Notes: generated by a model not told the origin, from the sequence alone. Shown: positions 38,121 to 51,745, counted from the first letter of the whole stretch. The stretch is DNA of 63,615 nt, filler included, from Octopus bimaculoides (GCF_001194135.2; 12 parts of 9 records of this genome joined end to end with filler, not necessarily neighbours in it); one strand, 5' to 3'. Numbers and translations are program-made.

Positions 38121-38221
38121 AAGGTGGATCCCAAGTTTCCTTGAATTTGTTTGGATTTGTTTAAGGTGGATCCCAAGTTTCCTTGGATTTGTTTGGATTT
38201 GTTTAAGGTGGATCCCAAGTT
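38121..38221. repeat. 42-bp tandem repeat x2.4
   Basis: aaggtggatcccaagtt at 38121, 38163 and 38205. Confidence 0.9.
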
Positions 38222-38594
38222 CATGACCTTGCTCAGAGAAAGGTCATGAAAGCAAATGACCCATGCATTTGATTTCGTGACCTTCCTCTGAGGCACATAT
38301 AGAATGAAATACGCAGGATTCAGTTATGAAACTGCAACGGACTGTCGTTGGCCCTGTCATGGTTCTGAGTGACACCTTCAGTAACATGTCCGTCATGCGC
38401 AGCCCTCTTTATCCGCTGAATCAGGGGGCTGAGGTCTGTTGTAATCATCAGCCACTTGCTCCACCGTTTGGGTCTTTTGGGGTTGATCACGATTTAGTCT
38501 GGATGCTCGTTCTAAACCTTGCCTCCACGGGTGGCCCTACTAGGAATTGAGAACTTCCGACGGCATCGCTCTCAGTCATTGGCCCACGCAAGCC

Positions 38595-39233
38595 CCTCCG
38601 TCACGACAATAAGTAACTGCAGAATATGTAGTGATTGGGAAGAAACAATAAGCCATATTGACTCTGGGTGGTCAGTTCTGGCCAAGAAAAAATGACAGAG
38701 GTGGGACCGATATATACATTGGAAGCTATGCCAGCACTATGGAATGACAACAGGAAAAAATGGTATAGGTATAGCCCCAAAAAGGTCTCAGAAAATGACA
38801 AAGCAGCCATATTCTGAGATATGCCAATATACACAGATAGAGAGATCATGACTAAAATGTCAGATATAGTCGTCAGAGACCATTAAGAAAAAGAAATGCC
38901 TTCTAATCGATGTATCGATTCCAACAGATGGCAAAATATCTCTGAAAGAAACAGAGAAACTCTCGAAATACAAATATCTGGAAATAGAGGTAACCTGAAT
39001 GTGGAGCCTAAAAATAGAAACAATTTCTATAATAATAGATGTACTAGATTTGAATACAATCACAAAGACAAATATATATAACCGAAACACCATGGCTTAG
39101 GCACGACACATATCCTCCGTAAAACACTTTCAATGCAGTGAAAATAACACCAAAACAAGACACAGCACGTACCCAAGGCACACAGAGCTGAGCTCTCTAA
39201 GTGCAGCGAAAGCATGTAATAAAAATAAGACTA

Positions 39234-39311
<78 letters not shown>

Positions 39312-39312
39312 A
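38595..39312 (+). mobile_element. Dong/R4-like RLE non-LTR retrotransposon 3' fragment, copy 1, with (TAA)n tail
   Basis: CRIC..ETISHIDSG (CCHC remnant), DIVVRD..KKCLLIDVSIPTDG (PD..D nuclease), EKLSKYK.LEIEVT.NVEPK; followed by about 70 bp of (AAT)n at 39236-39312. Confidence 0.8.
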
Positions 39313-40010
39313 ATCATATTATCTCTGGCTGCCCAGTCCTGGCTAAGAAGGAATATATTCACAGACATGACAAAGCTGGGACCTATATACACTGGAAGCT
39401 ATGCCAACACTATGGAATAACAACAGAAAAAAGATGGTATAAACACACGCCAGGAAAGGTCAGAGAAAACGAGAAAGCAACCATACTCTGGGATATGCCA
39501 ATACACACAAATAGAGAAATTAAGGCNNNNNNNNNNNNNNNNNNNNNNNNNNNNNNNNNNNNNNNNNNNNNNNNNNNNNNNNNNNNNNNNNNNNNNNNNN
39601 NNNNNNNNNNNNNNNNNNNNNNNNNNNNNNNNNNNNNNNNNNNNNNNNNNNNNNNNNNNNNNNNNNNNNGGAAAAACTTTCAAAATACAAAGACCTGGAA
39701 ATAGAGATAACTCGAATGTGGAATCTAAAATCAGAAACAATTCCTATCATAGTAGGTGCCTTAGGTATAATAAAAAAATATTCAGACAAATACATAACAA
39801 AAACACCAGGACTTACAAATATATATAACATACAGAAAATTGCACTACTGGGTACTGCACACATTCTACGCAAAACACTTTCAATACAGTAAACATAAGA
39901 GCACCACATCAATCCACAGCACATACCCAAGGCGCACAGAGCTGCGCTCGGTAGTGAAGTGAAAGCACGTTATAAAAATAAAACTACTGAACCATAATAA
40001 TAATAATGAT
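39313..40010 (+). mobile_element. Dong/R4-like RLE LINE 3' fragment, copy 2 (contains a gap)
   Basis: HIISGCPVLAKKEYIHRHD..HWKLCQHYG..ATILWDMPIHTNREIK [gap] EKLSKYKDLEIEITRMWNLKSETIPIIVGALG..IQKIALLGTAHILRKTLSIQ*; short (ATA)n tail. Confidence 0.85.
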
Positions 40011-40327
40011 GATGAAAAGCATAGAAAAAATTGCAAAGTACGAGGACCTATCTTTGAATTACAGAGACTATGGAAAGTGCAGGTAAAATGTATCCCAGTA
40101 GTTATAGGTACATTGGGGACTATCCCTAAAGATCTGAACAGATGGATGGATAGAGGAAAGAGGCATAAAACCCAGTTTACTACACCTCCCCAAAACAGTG
40201 TTATTAGGGACAGCTAGGATACTTAGGAGGGTTCTTGGCATATAAGGTTACGTTTTGTTGCCCGATGTTAGGATTCTTTTCTTTTCCAACAGTTTAATCT
40301 GTTGAATGTAAATAAAAATAATAATAA
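40011..40327 (+). mobile_element. Dong/R4-like RLE LINE 3' fragment, copy 3 (different subfamily)
   Basis: EKIAKYEDL..LQRLWKVQVKCIPVVIGTLGTIPKDL..LLGTARILRRVLGI* across frameshifts; ends in (AAT)n. Confidence 0.7.
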
Positions 40328-41424
40328 TGGACTGGCTTAGCATCAGGAAAGGAGTTCGGCAAGGTTGTCTTATTTTACCTGACTTCTTCAACCCCTATTC
40401 TGAGGACGTAATGTAGAGGTTAACAGATGGGAGGTTTCAGGGCATTGGTGTTGATTTACTGCGGAGATGGCACACTGGTCATCATGCAGTTGTTAGAGAG
40501 CAACACAAGCTTACAGACTGGTTTAACATCAGGAAAGGGGTTCGGCAGGGTTGCCTCATTTCACCTGACTTCTTTAACTTTTACTACTCAGACAAGGCGG
40601 AAATCGGATGGTCAGTTGCCCGATCTTAGGATCCTCAATCCTCGGACTCAATAAACTCATTCAATTGATATTCATCGATGTTTAGAGTTTCCTTGAGGAC
40701 ATCGTTATTCTTGCTCACCTCTAATCCTCTATGGTGTGATGTTTCTCAACCAATTGCAGCTCAGCACCGCCTATCATCAAATGATATCTTACAAAGGCCA
40801 CTGCTTCGTGTTTGGCAACACCCAACTGCCACAGCAAACCCCACCCACCAAAAAAACCTCAAAATTTTTTAATCAGCACTAATTTTGCCGAGCGATCTAT
40901 AATCAGTCATGAATGAATGAATGAATGAATGAATCAAACAATCAATCAATAAGCGTGTCTTCATGGTTACGAGACAGGGACCTCAGATATAACTCACTCC
41001 TCACCACACATTGTAGTTTTTTGCAGCAGTCGTAAACTTCGCTAAGGCCCTTTCCGTCTATCTATGTCATCGTTATTCGCGGACCCGCTTTCCATCAACC
41101 CATCTCCCGAAGATGCAGGTATAGAGATTCTGGACCCTATTAACATAATCGAAATAATATAGTTTCNNNNNNNNNNNNNNNNNNNNNNNNNNNNNNNNNN
41201 NNNNNNNNNNTTAATTAATTAANNNNNNNNNNNNNNNNNNNNNNNNNNNNNNNNNNNNNNNNNNNNTATATATATATATATATATCGTCCGTAAACATAC
41301 ATATAATGAGAGTATATAGGGATGTAATTATTCAGCTCTCAGGTATATTTAAGGTTACGGCTAACCTCTCCAAGTAGTACTAAGCGTGAATGATCGCTAA
41401 GTATTTGCAATATAATATGCTTTA

Positions 41425-41690
41425 CATGATTCAGGTATTGGTCTGCGACCATGCTAGGGTACCGCCTTGAATCATTTAGTCGAACAAATGGACCTCAGAG
41501 CTTATTGTATGGAGGTATCTTTGGCCGAAACGCTAAGTTACCGCAACATACACATATATATATATAAGTTACGGCAACATACACATATATATATAAATAC
41601 ATGCCCAAGGTACCATACTGCAGGACTGAACCCAAGGCCACATAATTAGGAAGCTGGCTTCGACACAGCCATGCCTGGACCACGCCTTCC
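41425..41690 (-). mobile_element. SINE family A, diverged
   Basis: Reverse complement carries both head (actgaacccaagg..cgacacagccatgcc) and 3' segment (gaccatgctagggtaccgcc). Confidence 0.55.
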
Positions 41691-42145
41691 CTTTCCATAC
41701 ATAATACATACATACATACATACATACACACATACATACATATATACATGCATACATACGTCGACAACTTTTCAACTCATATTTTAATATTTTTGTTTTT
41801 GTATTTTACACAATGCTTCTTATATAAATTTACAAAACGAACACTAAACGAAATGCAGTAATGGTGCTTTCCCGAGGCGACGAGGGATAATAATTGTTTA
41901 ATAGACAAGATCGAGGTGAAAATTAGTTGAGCTTGATTCGTATGGCGGAATTATTATCGTGGAAGAATTCTTCTCTTTCGGGTGACTGCTGTTGTTGATT
42001 GGTCTGCGAGACAAATAGCCTGGTAGTTTGTTATCATGTCTATGTATTTGAAAAGATTATCTATTTATCTATCTATCTATCTAGCTATCAGTCAGTCTGT
42101 CTGTCTATCTATCCATCATTTTGTATATTATCAATCCGTCGGTCG

Positions 42146-42225
<80 letters not shown>

Positions 42226-43193
42226 AATATGTGTATATGTGTATGTATGTGAGTGCGATATCAATGGATTTGTACTAAGAGCTATTTATAGTACCTTGGT
42301 GGACTTGTCCTCATAGTTTTACAGTGCATCGACAGAATTAAGAAAGTGGATATTTGTCTAACACCAAATGTCCCCTCCACCCGACCATATAACCCCCTCA
42401 GCTTACATACACTACCCCTCAAGTGTATTTGATTCGCTGGATACTTCTGACCCAGGAAATGTCAAGCAATTGTTCCTAACCGCGATGTTTCCATGAGACA
42501 ACTAAATTTTGATTGATGGAAAATGTATCATGTTTACTGAGAAAGAGAGAGGGGGGGGAGAAATAGTAAGAAAGAGAAAGAGAGAGGGGAGGGGGATTAG
42601 AGACAGAGAGAGAGAAAGAAAAAGAGTGGGGAGACGGGGGAAGAGGTCGCTGCTGGCACACAGGTGGCCGAGTCGATAAGCGTACAATGAAAACTGTTGA
42701 AAAGGTCACCGGTTCGTACCTTGTCACATGCAATGTACTGTTGTTATTGTTGTTTAAACCTCTGGTTAGTCCAAACAGAATACGACCTTATAACCAAAGA
42801 CATTCCAACCGTGACATCCTATAATATTTTTGTGTATCAGTATGTATATTATTCATGAGTGTAGCCCCTAAGTNNNNNNNNNNNNNNNNNNNNNNNNNNN
42901 NNNNNNNNNNNNNNNNNNNNNNNNNNNNNNNNNNNNNNNNNNNNNNNNNNNNNNNNNNNNNNNNNNNNNNNNNNNNNNNNNNNNNNNNNNNNNNNNNNNN
43001 NNNNNNNNNNNNNNNNNNNNNNNNNNNNNNNNNNNNNNNNNNNNNNNNNNNNNNNNNNNNNNNNNNNNNNNNNNNNNNNNNNNNNNNNNNNNNNNNNNNN
43101 NNNNNNNNNNNNNNNNNNNNNNNNNNNNNNNNNNNNNNNNNNNNNNNNNNNNNNNNNNNNNNNNNNNNNNNNNNNNNNNNNNNNNNNNNNNNN

Positions 43194-43463
43194 TTAACGT
43201 AGTCCTCGGGGTGATTCAGCGTGACACACAGTGTGACAAAGCTGACCCTTTGAATTACAGACACAACAGAAACAGGAAGTAAGAGTGAGAGAAAGTTGTG
43301 GTGAAAGAGTACAGCAGGGTTCGCCACCATCCCCTGCCGGAGCCTCGTGGAGCTTTCAGGTGTTTCCGCTCAATAAACACTCACAACGCCCGGTCTGGGA
43401 ATCGAAACCGCGATCCTATGACCGCGAGTCCGCTGCCTTAACCACTGGGCCATTGCGCCTCCA
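43194..43463 (-). mobile_element. tRNA-derived SINE family C, 5' portion
   Basis: Reverse complement begins gtggaggcgcaatggcccagtggttaaggcagcggactcgcggtcataggatcgcggtttcgattccc, with clear A and B boxes, and runs into non-tRNA body sequence. Confidence 0.75.
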
Positions 43464-43774
43464 CTACGTGAGATTATATGGGATGCTTAAACCAGAATTC
43501 CGCCGAAATCAGATACACGTGCTTTATTACAAACAGTAATTAAATACTTAAAATGATGAATGGCTTAATTTGAGGAAGCTTTGGCTGTTATTTCCAACAA
43601 TTAATGTCTAAGTATATACTTCCTAGTTGACTTAAACTTTGTGCTTTATAGGTCAGAGTTTATACTTTGTAGGTAACGTTTAGCCCCAGGTCAAACCTGA
43701 TCAGCTCTCATAAGAACAAGTTCCAGCAATGACAGTAATATCTATAATATTTTCCTTCTCTCAGTCCTTAAATT

Positions 43775-43945
43775 GGAGCCATGCTGGAGCACCACTTTAA
43801 AGGGTTTAGTCGAACAAATCGAACACAGTGCTATTTTTTTCCAAAGAAAAGCCTGGTGCTTATTCTAATGATCTCTTTACTAAACCACTATGTTATACGT
43901 ACGTAAACAAATCACCAACTGTTGTCAAACGTTGGTGGGGGCCAA
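43775..43945 (-). mobile_element. SINE family A, 3' half
   Basis: gccatgctggagcaccactttaaagggtttagtcgaacaaatcga..aactgttgtcaaac. Confidence 0.6.
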
Positions 43946-43960
43946 GCGAAGATATAAAGG

Positions 43961-44016
<56 letters not shown>

Positions 44017-46059
44017 CATACNNNNNNNNNNNNNNNNNNNNNNNNNNNNNNNNNNNNNNNNNNNNTTAATTAATTAANNNNNNNNNNNNNNNNNNNNNNN
44101 NNNNNNNNNNNNNNNNNNNNNTATATATATGCCTGTGTGTGTGTTTGTGTGTGTGTATGTGTTTGAGAGAGACTGCGTGCGTGCGCATGTATATATAGTT
44201 GCGCTTATGCATACACCAACGCTCACACTAGCACGAACACTTTTACATGCACAAACATGCGCACACGTTCTTTGTGTTTCTACGTTCTATGTTCAAATTT
44301 GTGGAGGTAAAATTTGCATTTCAATCATCCAGATTCGATGATCATCATCACCATCATCATCATCATCATCATTGTTATCATCATCATCATCATCATCATT
44401 GTTATTATTATTATCATCATCATTATTATCATTATTGTCATTATTATTATTATTGAAATTTAACTGTTGTACCCTATTGCTATTGCAACTGGTTTTATTA
44501 CTCTTCCTACTAGACAACATGTTGTGGTCTACGATAGAGCGCATTGTTACCTCGAGTCCTTTTACAGCTTTTCTATGATGTTTATATGTATCCCGACGAT
44601 ATATGCAAAATCTTCTGAATAATTATTGTTCTACCAAGTAGACGGACTTTTGCCTGTGTTGCATTGCCTGTATTGCATTCCGTCGCAAGTTAAATCTCAT
44701 TTTCCAACGAACTCTTCAAATTATAATTCATTGAACCTCAAAGCATAACAATGCTTCGCAGACTCATGTCATTGTCAAATACTTTATGCCAGTGTTTGAG
44801 CTTTTTCATATCTAATATCTATTTATTCTGATATACTCATACTGTTCTTCCTCAACCATCAAATGAGTATGCTGGTTCAGTTTTACGATACAGAATTATA
44901 TACCGCTTGATGCCATGTAGCCGTTTCTAATTTTCTATAGTAATGTGTCATAAAAATGCAACGTAACCGATTTCAAGAAATTTGACTTATTTTCCAAAAT
45001 AATACACAGAACAGTATGATGCTTTCTGATGTGCAACCAAAACAAACTCTTAGAAACGTGGAGTTAACTACTGAAGAAATGTTTTACATGTTCGCCATGT
45101 TTGCACTAACTTTCAGTTAACTCTAAGTCACCCATACAATACGAGACATCTTCTTCATCTGTTGTGATGCATGTTCAACAGGTGGATGTACAAATTTAAT
45201 TCAACATATTCCCTTGTCCAAATTCGGCTTGGCGCCTGTTCCTGTGCCACTAAAATCCTTGTTTCTTCAATAACCCTTTCGCAACAGAACTAAGTGTGGT
45301 CCTTATCAGAATCGTTTTGTTACTTTTAAAGTCACTGAATGAAGCTTCGTTCTTTCAATATTAATTTTTTCTCTCGTATTTTCCTGTTTTTATTTTCTGT
45401 TCAGAGACCATTTTCACTATAAATAATTAATTCATTAACATCTCTATATGAAGAATTGTTCTCTGCTGTAGAAAACATTTTTAAACATGTTTTCTCTAAC
45501 TCTGAACCTCTTCAACGCCTTTTAATTATTTTTCTTCTGAATGAATAACAACAACGTGGGATTTCAATAAACAGTAGATATCTGAGACAAGGAAAGACAT
45601 AAAATCAACTGAACTGTTTAGGTTCAATGAGCTTCATCAGCTGTAGTAGAATGAAAAATTAAATTAATCGTGGTGAAAACTAAACTTTGAACGTCAACGG
45701 CTGTAGTTGAATAGTTGAAGAAACACAGACAACATTCGACTCAAGAGGCTATCGTAACACTACACTGAACTGATTGGTTACTATAACGACAACAGTGTGC
45801 GCACATGACTACACTCTGCTGCATATTTGTGCGTTGAGAGCAGAGCTGTTTCCATCTCCCTTAACTTCACGTGACTTCACGAAGGAATCTTAACTATGAA
45901 ATACCACAGAAACACAAAGTAAAACTTCGGCCATTGTTCAGTTTGAACTTAAGTAATTCACCTTGAATTGCAACGTCCGAAAGGATATTGGATCAAACAA
46001 TCTATAATAGGCATATTTTGTCCTAGAATACGCGAACAGACCAAATTAGAATCCACTAT

Positions 46060-46240
46060 CGTGTGACAATTGATACCATCACCCTGACCGAATATTTAAT
46101 TGGTACATTATCATATTGATGCTCGATAAGATGAAAGGCCAACTTGACCTCAGCAAGATTTGAACGCAAAATATAAATAACAGGAATAAATACTACACCA
46201 TATCTTGTCCGACTCTCTTACGTTTCTGTCAATATACAAC
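46060..46240 (-). mobile_element. SINE family B, diverged
   Basis: tcgataagatgaaaggccaacttgacctcagcaagatttgaac..ttgtccgactctcttacgtttctgtcaa. Confidence 0.5.
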
Positions 46241-46347
46241 ACTGGCCACTATTTTACATAGTAAAATAATTTTTCTCTATCACTCTCTGATTCTCTGTTT
46301 TCGTCACTCCCACCATATACATATACATGCTTGTACACAAAAACACA

Positions 46348-46421
<74 letters not shown>

Positions 46422-47037
46422 GGTATATATAAATAAATGTATACATGTATATAATATATATATGTTCATATAGGCAAACATATATACACACATATATCAA
46501 TAAGCATATATAAAGATATACATATATATATATTTGCATATATAAATATATTTGTGCGTGTTTGTACTTGTGTACCACTGTAGAAACAGACATAAACACA
46601 TGTATACTCACAAGGACACACAGAGTGTGACTCACACGCACGCATACATTCATACACACACACACACATATATATATATTTATACATATATACATACATA
46701 TACATAATGGCCTTCACTAATAAATGTCTCCATTCTTTGAGTAAATTGAAATATCGAGGCTGTATTATGTTGCCTGTTCACAATTATGCTGTGAATGAAT
46801 ATTATTAAATGGAAATGATTTTCTAAATCTTAGCCTAAAGCACATTAAAAAAAAATTACTATGTAATATGGACATTGTGTGTTTTTTAAATGTTTTTTAG
46901 CAACATATCACTGGTGACGCAAAGTCTCTAGTTTAACAAATGCCATTATTTTGTTGAAAGGTCGTGCCTTAGAAGTTTGCAGAGAGAGAATGAAGTCTAA
47001 TAGAGAGGAAAGAATTGAGAGGGTAAGATAGATAAAT

Positions 47038-47121
<84 letters not shown>

Positions 47122-48594
47122 GAGGAAGAGAGTTTTTATGTAGCGAGTAGCTTTGTTCGGTTGAATCTGAAAGTGAAAGTATGAAAATGTAAAAATCCGA
47201 GGTGAAGAAAAATCGAATATAATTTTCTCGCCAGATTTTTGCCAAAGGTTACATTGAGTAAATTATGAACGTAGTTAGGAGTTCATTTTTCGCAATTATA
47301 GCTGCTATTGATTGGTAATTAAACCATTTTTTGTAACTTAGTAGAACATCATTTAACACAAATACTACATTACATATTTTATTTTTCCGCTTCAAAATTT
47401 CTAACTTAATCATATTTAGTCTTAAACGAAATCGGAACTTCAAGGCTGCTTTGCGTGTTACGAAATTATTCATTGCGCAGGCGCATAAACAATTTCACAG
47501 ACGAGTAATTGTAAATTTGTTTTTCCCATTTCAATATTAGGGTGTTCATATTAATAGGGATATATTTAAAAGAGTGTGTGTCTATATATCATATTACAGG
47601 TACATATGTATACGCGCGAGTGTATGTGTGAAGAATGAATTCTTCGTCTAATCTAGGGATTGTTCCATTTATTTTTGAATTACAACTCTTCTTATATTCC
47701 TCTTTTTTTTTCGTTTTCATCTTATTCCACTCATCTTGTTTCCTTACCTCATAATGTAAGACAGAAAAGTTACCGGCTTATTTTCTTCTCATCTCTTAGT
47801 ATATCTTTATCTTAAGACCTTTCACCATCCGCAGCAGTCGTTCCTCCTATCTCAAATAGCTTTCGGAAAACGATCGAGATGTTCCTCAACCTTCAGTTCT
47901 TACGGGTTAAATTATCATTTCAACTAGTATAAGTAATAGTTTAACATCTAGCGAACTACTGCCGCTCTTCGTATCACTTTCCACGTCTTTCCATTGTCTG
48001 CTTCTTCTTAATCATGCTATTAAAGTAGTTAAATTTAATTCTACCCCTTTCCGATGACTTTAGCTACGTTGCTAACCTATTAATTAACTGGTTGTTTTCT
48101 TAACACTTTAAAATGTTACGATGTCAATTGATTAGTTAACTTGTTCTAAGGAACTATGTGTATTTTTTCTTTAACACACTCATTCGTTTATCTCTTTCAT
48201 TTGCTTTTCAATTGCCAATTTATCTCTCAAGCACGTAGGGTCGAATGTCACTGCCATCGTTTTCAATTGCCTGTGACTGTCTTGTGCCAAACTACAGACT
48301 ACAAAGGACAAAACAAAAATGGTCGACACCATCAGTATTATCTTTCATCGCCAGGATATTGTCGTTTGCAGGATCTCAGAAATTTCATTGCCGGATAAAT
48401 TTATAGTTTTATTCTCTACCACCGGCTATTCACATATATTTCTATGCTCAACATACCGTATGCTTGTTCTGAGGTTTGTTTTTCATATTCAATTCATGTT
48501 AGTAGGTTCAAATTTTGCCGAGGTCGACATTGTATTTCAACTTTTCGGGGTCGATAAGTACCAAAATTACATGCCTTGTGCCTTAAGCAGAAAA

Positions 48595-48595
<1 letters not shown>

Positions 48596-48655
<60 letters not shown>

Positions 48656-48978
48656 GTCAGTAGTTTTATTTTTATAACGTGCTTTCACTTCACTACCGAG
48701 CGCAGCTCTGTGCGCCTTGGGTATGTGCTGTGGTTTGCTGTGGTGCTCTTGTGTTTACTGTATTGAAAGTGTTTTGCGTAGAATGTGTGCAGTACCCAGT
48801 AGTGCAATTTACTGTATGTTATATATATTTGTAAGTCCTGGTGTTTTTGTTATGTATTTGTCTGAATATTTTTTTATTATACCTAAGGCACCTACTATGA
48901 TAGGAATTGTTTCTGTTTTTAGATTCCACATTCGAGTTATCTCTATTTCCAGGTCTTTGTATTTTGAAAGTTTTTCCA
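48596..48978 (-). mobile_element. Dong/R4-like RLE LINE 3' end with (TAA)n tail
   Basis: Reverse complement nearly identical to 39670-39985; (ATT)n at 48596-48654 is the tail; 5' side runs into a gap. Confidence 0.85.
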
Positions 48979-49078
48979 NNNNNNNNNNNNNNNNNNNNNN
49001 NNNNNNNNNNNNNNNNNNNNNNTTAATTAATTAANNNNNNNNNNNNNNNNNNNNNNNNNNNNNNNNNNNNNNNNNNNN

Positions 49079-49435
49079 AAGCTTGCTTCCCAACAACATG
49101 ATTGCGGGTTTAGTTCCACTGCGTGGCACCTTGGACAAGTGTCGAACCGACCAAAGCTTTGTGAGTGGATTTAGTAGACGGAAACTGAAAGAAGCCCGTC
49201 GTATATATATATGTATATATTTGTGTGTGTGTGTGGGGGGGGCTGTGCTTGTCCATACACCGTCGCTTAACAAACGATGTTGGTGTGTTTACGTCCCCGT
49301 AACTTTGCGGTTCGGCAAAAAGAGTACGATAGAATAAGTACTAGGGTCACAAAGAATAAGTCCTGGGGTCGATTTCTTCGACTAAAGGCGGTGCTCCAGC
49401 ATGGCCGCAGTCAATCGACTAAAACAAGTAAATGA
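49079..49435 (+). mobile_element. SINE family A, nearly complete
   Basis: Both halves present: aagcttgcttcccaacaacatg..gcaccttggacaagtgtc..; ..ggcggtgctccagcatggccgcagtc. Confidence 0.8.
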
Positions 49436-49544
49436 CCGAAATCACACACACACATATATATATATGTAAAAACAAACTATATTTTAATTAAGCTTAAAAT
49501 GATAGACTAAAAATGTGAAGACTTGGCAATAACTTAGGCAATAA

Positions 49545-49876
49545 CCCAAGCAAATTTTATTGTGCGGAGCGTTGTTGAGAGAGAAGCCAATGAACACGCC
49601 CTTAGTACCAATGATTCTATGAAAGCTGCCACAGTCAGAGTATTGTCCAAAATGAACCAGGACCACTTGATTCGAGCATGCAGATGATTTAGATCTCACA
49701 TAGAAGCAGTTGTGGAAGCTGAAGGTGGCTTTATTGAATAACATTATAGAAAAGAAGTTTCATTTTTTAGCCTCATAGCATTTTTTTTTTTTTGATAAAT
49801 AAAGATATTATCTGTTATTATATACCTGTTTTATTTTTACAAACAAATCTGTCCTGAAACATGTTACGCACCCTGT
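49545..49876 (+). mobile_element. IS630/Tc1/mariner-superfamily transposase C-terminus and 3' end
   Basis: VRSVVEREANEHALSTNDSMKAATVRVLSKMNQDHLIRACR*FRSHIEAVVEAEGGFIE*, followed by a TIR-like end ..gttacgcaccctgt. Confidence 0.7.
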
Positions 49877-50045
49877 GTGTGTATATGTACGTACGCATGT
49901 ATGTATGCATGTATGTATGTATGTATGTACGTTTATGTTTACACACACACACATACACACACATATAAAACCGTACGTATTGCTCTTGCTAATAGTTACT
50001 TCTGGTGTGGAAACATGGAAGCGATATAACAATGGGATGCATACT

Positions 50046-50106
<61 letters not shown>

Positions 50107-50902
50107 TGGTAGTAGTAGCTGTTCTGGTTTTTGTTGTTGTTGTAGACAACTGCTGTTATTGTTATAGTTGTTGTAGGAGATTGAATTAATAACGAAAACG
50201 GCAGCAGCATGAATAACAACCGCAACATTATCATCATCATCATCATCATCATCATCACCTTCTGCAGCAGCAGCAACTACAACACCAACAGCAACAACAA
50301 CAACAACAGCTACTACAACAGTAAGTGCGATACACTGACACGTTTGTATCCAGGTGCCCGAACCGAAAGCGGAGAATATTTTATATTAATTTCAATATTT
50401 GATTGCTAATACTTAATGCGCTTTAGGTCATTTGCTGCGCTGTCTATAATGATCGCTGATAAACTAACTTGAAATGACCACTTAGGTTAGCTTGTTGAGA
50501 AACAAACCATCTGCTACCCTCAGTTTTTTCATTTATTCCATTTAATAAAAGAAAGGTGTGTTTTGACGAATTGCAATCGTTTAATTGCGAAATTTCCCAG
50601 AGCTGTCGACTTAATAACGTCAAATATTTTATGACAAAAGAAAGACAAGTAAATCAAAATGAAAGTATACAGAGTTGTTTCTTTGTTTCGTCCTTTCTTT
50701 TCTTTTTTTTTTCTTTTTTTTTTTTTGAATTTGTCTCATTTTTCTTTCTGTGTTTTTGTTTTTTGTTTTTTCGTTTATATTTGTTTCTTTGTTTCTGTCG
50801 AAATACAAAATTAAGAAAAATGCCTGAAAATATCTCTTTGGAAATTAGAATTTTTATACAAACAGTCATATATTGATACATATATACATACATATACATA
50901 TG

Positions 50903-50956
<54 letters not shown>

Positions 50957-51419
50957 CACACACAACCGTTTACACGCATATATACATTCACGCGTATACA
51001 CATCCACGCACATAGATATGTGTGGGCTTTTCTTTTCCAATTCTTTGACTTGGTTTGTTATTTTTTTGTTTTATTTACTCATTGTTCATTCTTCTAGTTT
51101 TCTTTCATGGAATATATTTAAAGAGTCACAATTGAAGACAAAACGTTCAACCACATTTAAGTCGCCATGTCATTTGTAAACAAATCAACGCTTCTGCTTT
51201 ACTTACGTATATAATAAGAATAAAATTGAATTTCTATGAAATTTATATTCAATTTGTAATGAAAATAGCGACAATTGCTTCGATTATTTTTATATTGTTC
51301 AAAATTTAGTTTGCATTTTTATTTTTAAAAGAAAACCAAGTGGAATGAGCGAGGTTTATCGTCAAGGATAAATCGCAGTCGTCTAGGTTCTTACATAAGA
51401 TGTACTCTCCGTAATTCTC

Positions 51420-51595
51420 TTTTACTTGTTTCAGTCATTTGACTGCGGCCATGCTGGAGCACCGCATTTAGTCGAATAAATTGTAAGCTTAGTACCTATT
51501 CTATCGGTCTCCTTTGCTGAAGCGCTTAGTTACGGGGACGTAAACACTCCAGTATCGGTTGTCAAGCAATGGTGGAGGAACAAACACAGGCACAC
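51420..51595 (-). mobile_element. SINE family A, 3' half
   Basis: tttcagtcatttgactgcggccatgctggagcaccgc..gttacggggacgtaaacac..cggttgtcaagc. Confidence 0.75.
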
Positions 51596-51745
51596 AAATA
51601 CATACATGCATATATACATATACATATACATATACATATGTATATNNNNNNNNNNNNNNNNNNNNNNNNNNNNNNNNNNNNNNNNNNNNNNNNNNNNNNN
51701 NNNNNNNNNNNNNNNNNNNNNNNNNNNNNNNNNNNNNNNNNNNNN

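Noticed and set aside
38121-38221. CRISPR-like or regulatory array interpretation of the short tandem repeats (also 20566, 59001)
   Set aside because: Contiguous units without spacers in a eukaryotic context; ordinary slippage duplications.
41027-41118. 92-nt CAG..GTATAG candidate exon (VVNFAKALSVYLCHRYSRTRF..)
   Set aside because: Only one open frame, weak donor, no recognisable homology; not distinguishable from chance.
43380-43463. tRNA gene (minus strand)
   Set aside because: A and B boxes present but it continues into a SINE body shared with 13355-13560; no convincing acceptor stem.
50195-50352. Poly-His/poly-Gln exon followed by a 33-nt GTAAGT..CTGAC..CAG mini-intron
   Set aside because: The His/Gln frame has an in-frame TAA just upstream, and 33 nt is below typical metazoan intron size; likely decayed triplet repeat, though the donor alone could be real.
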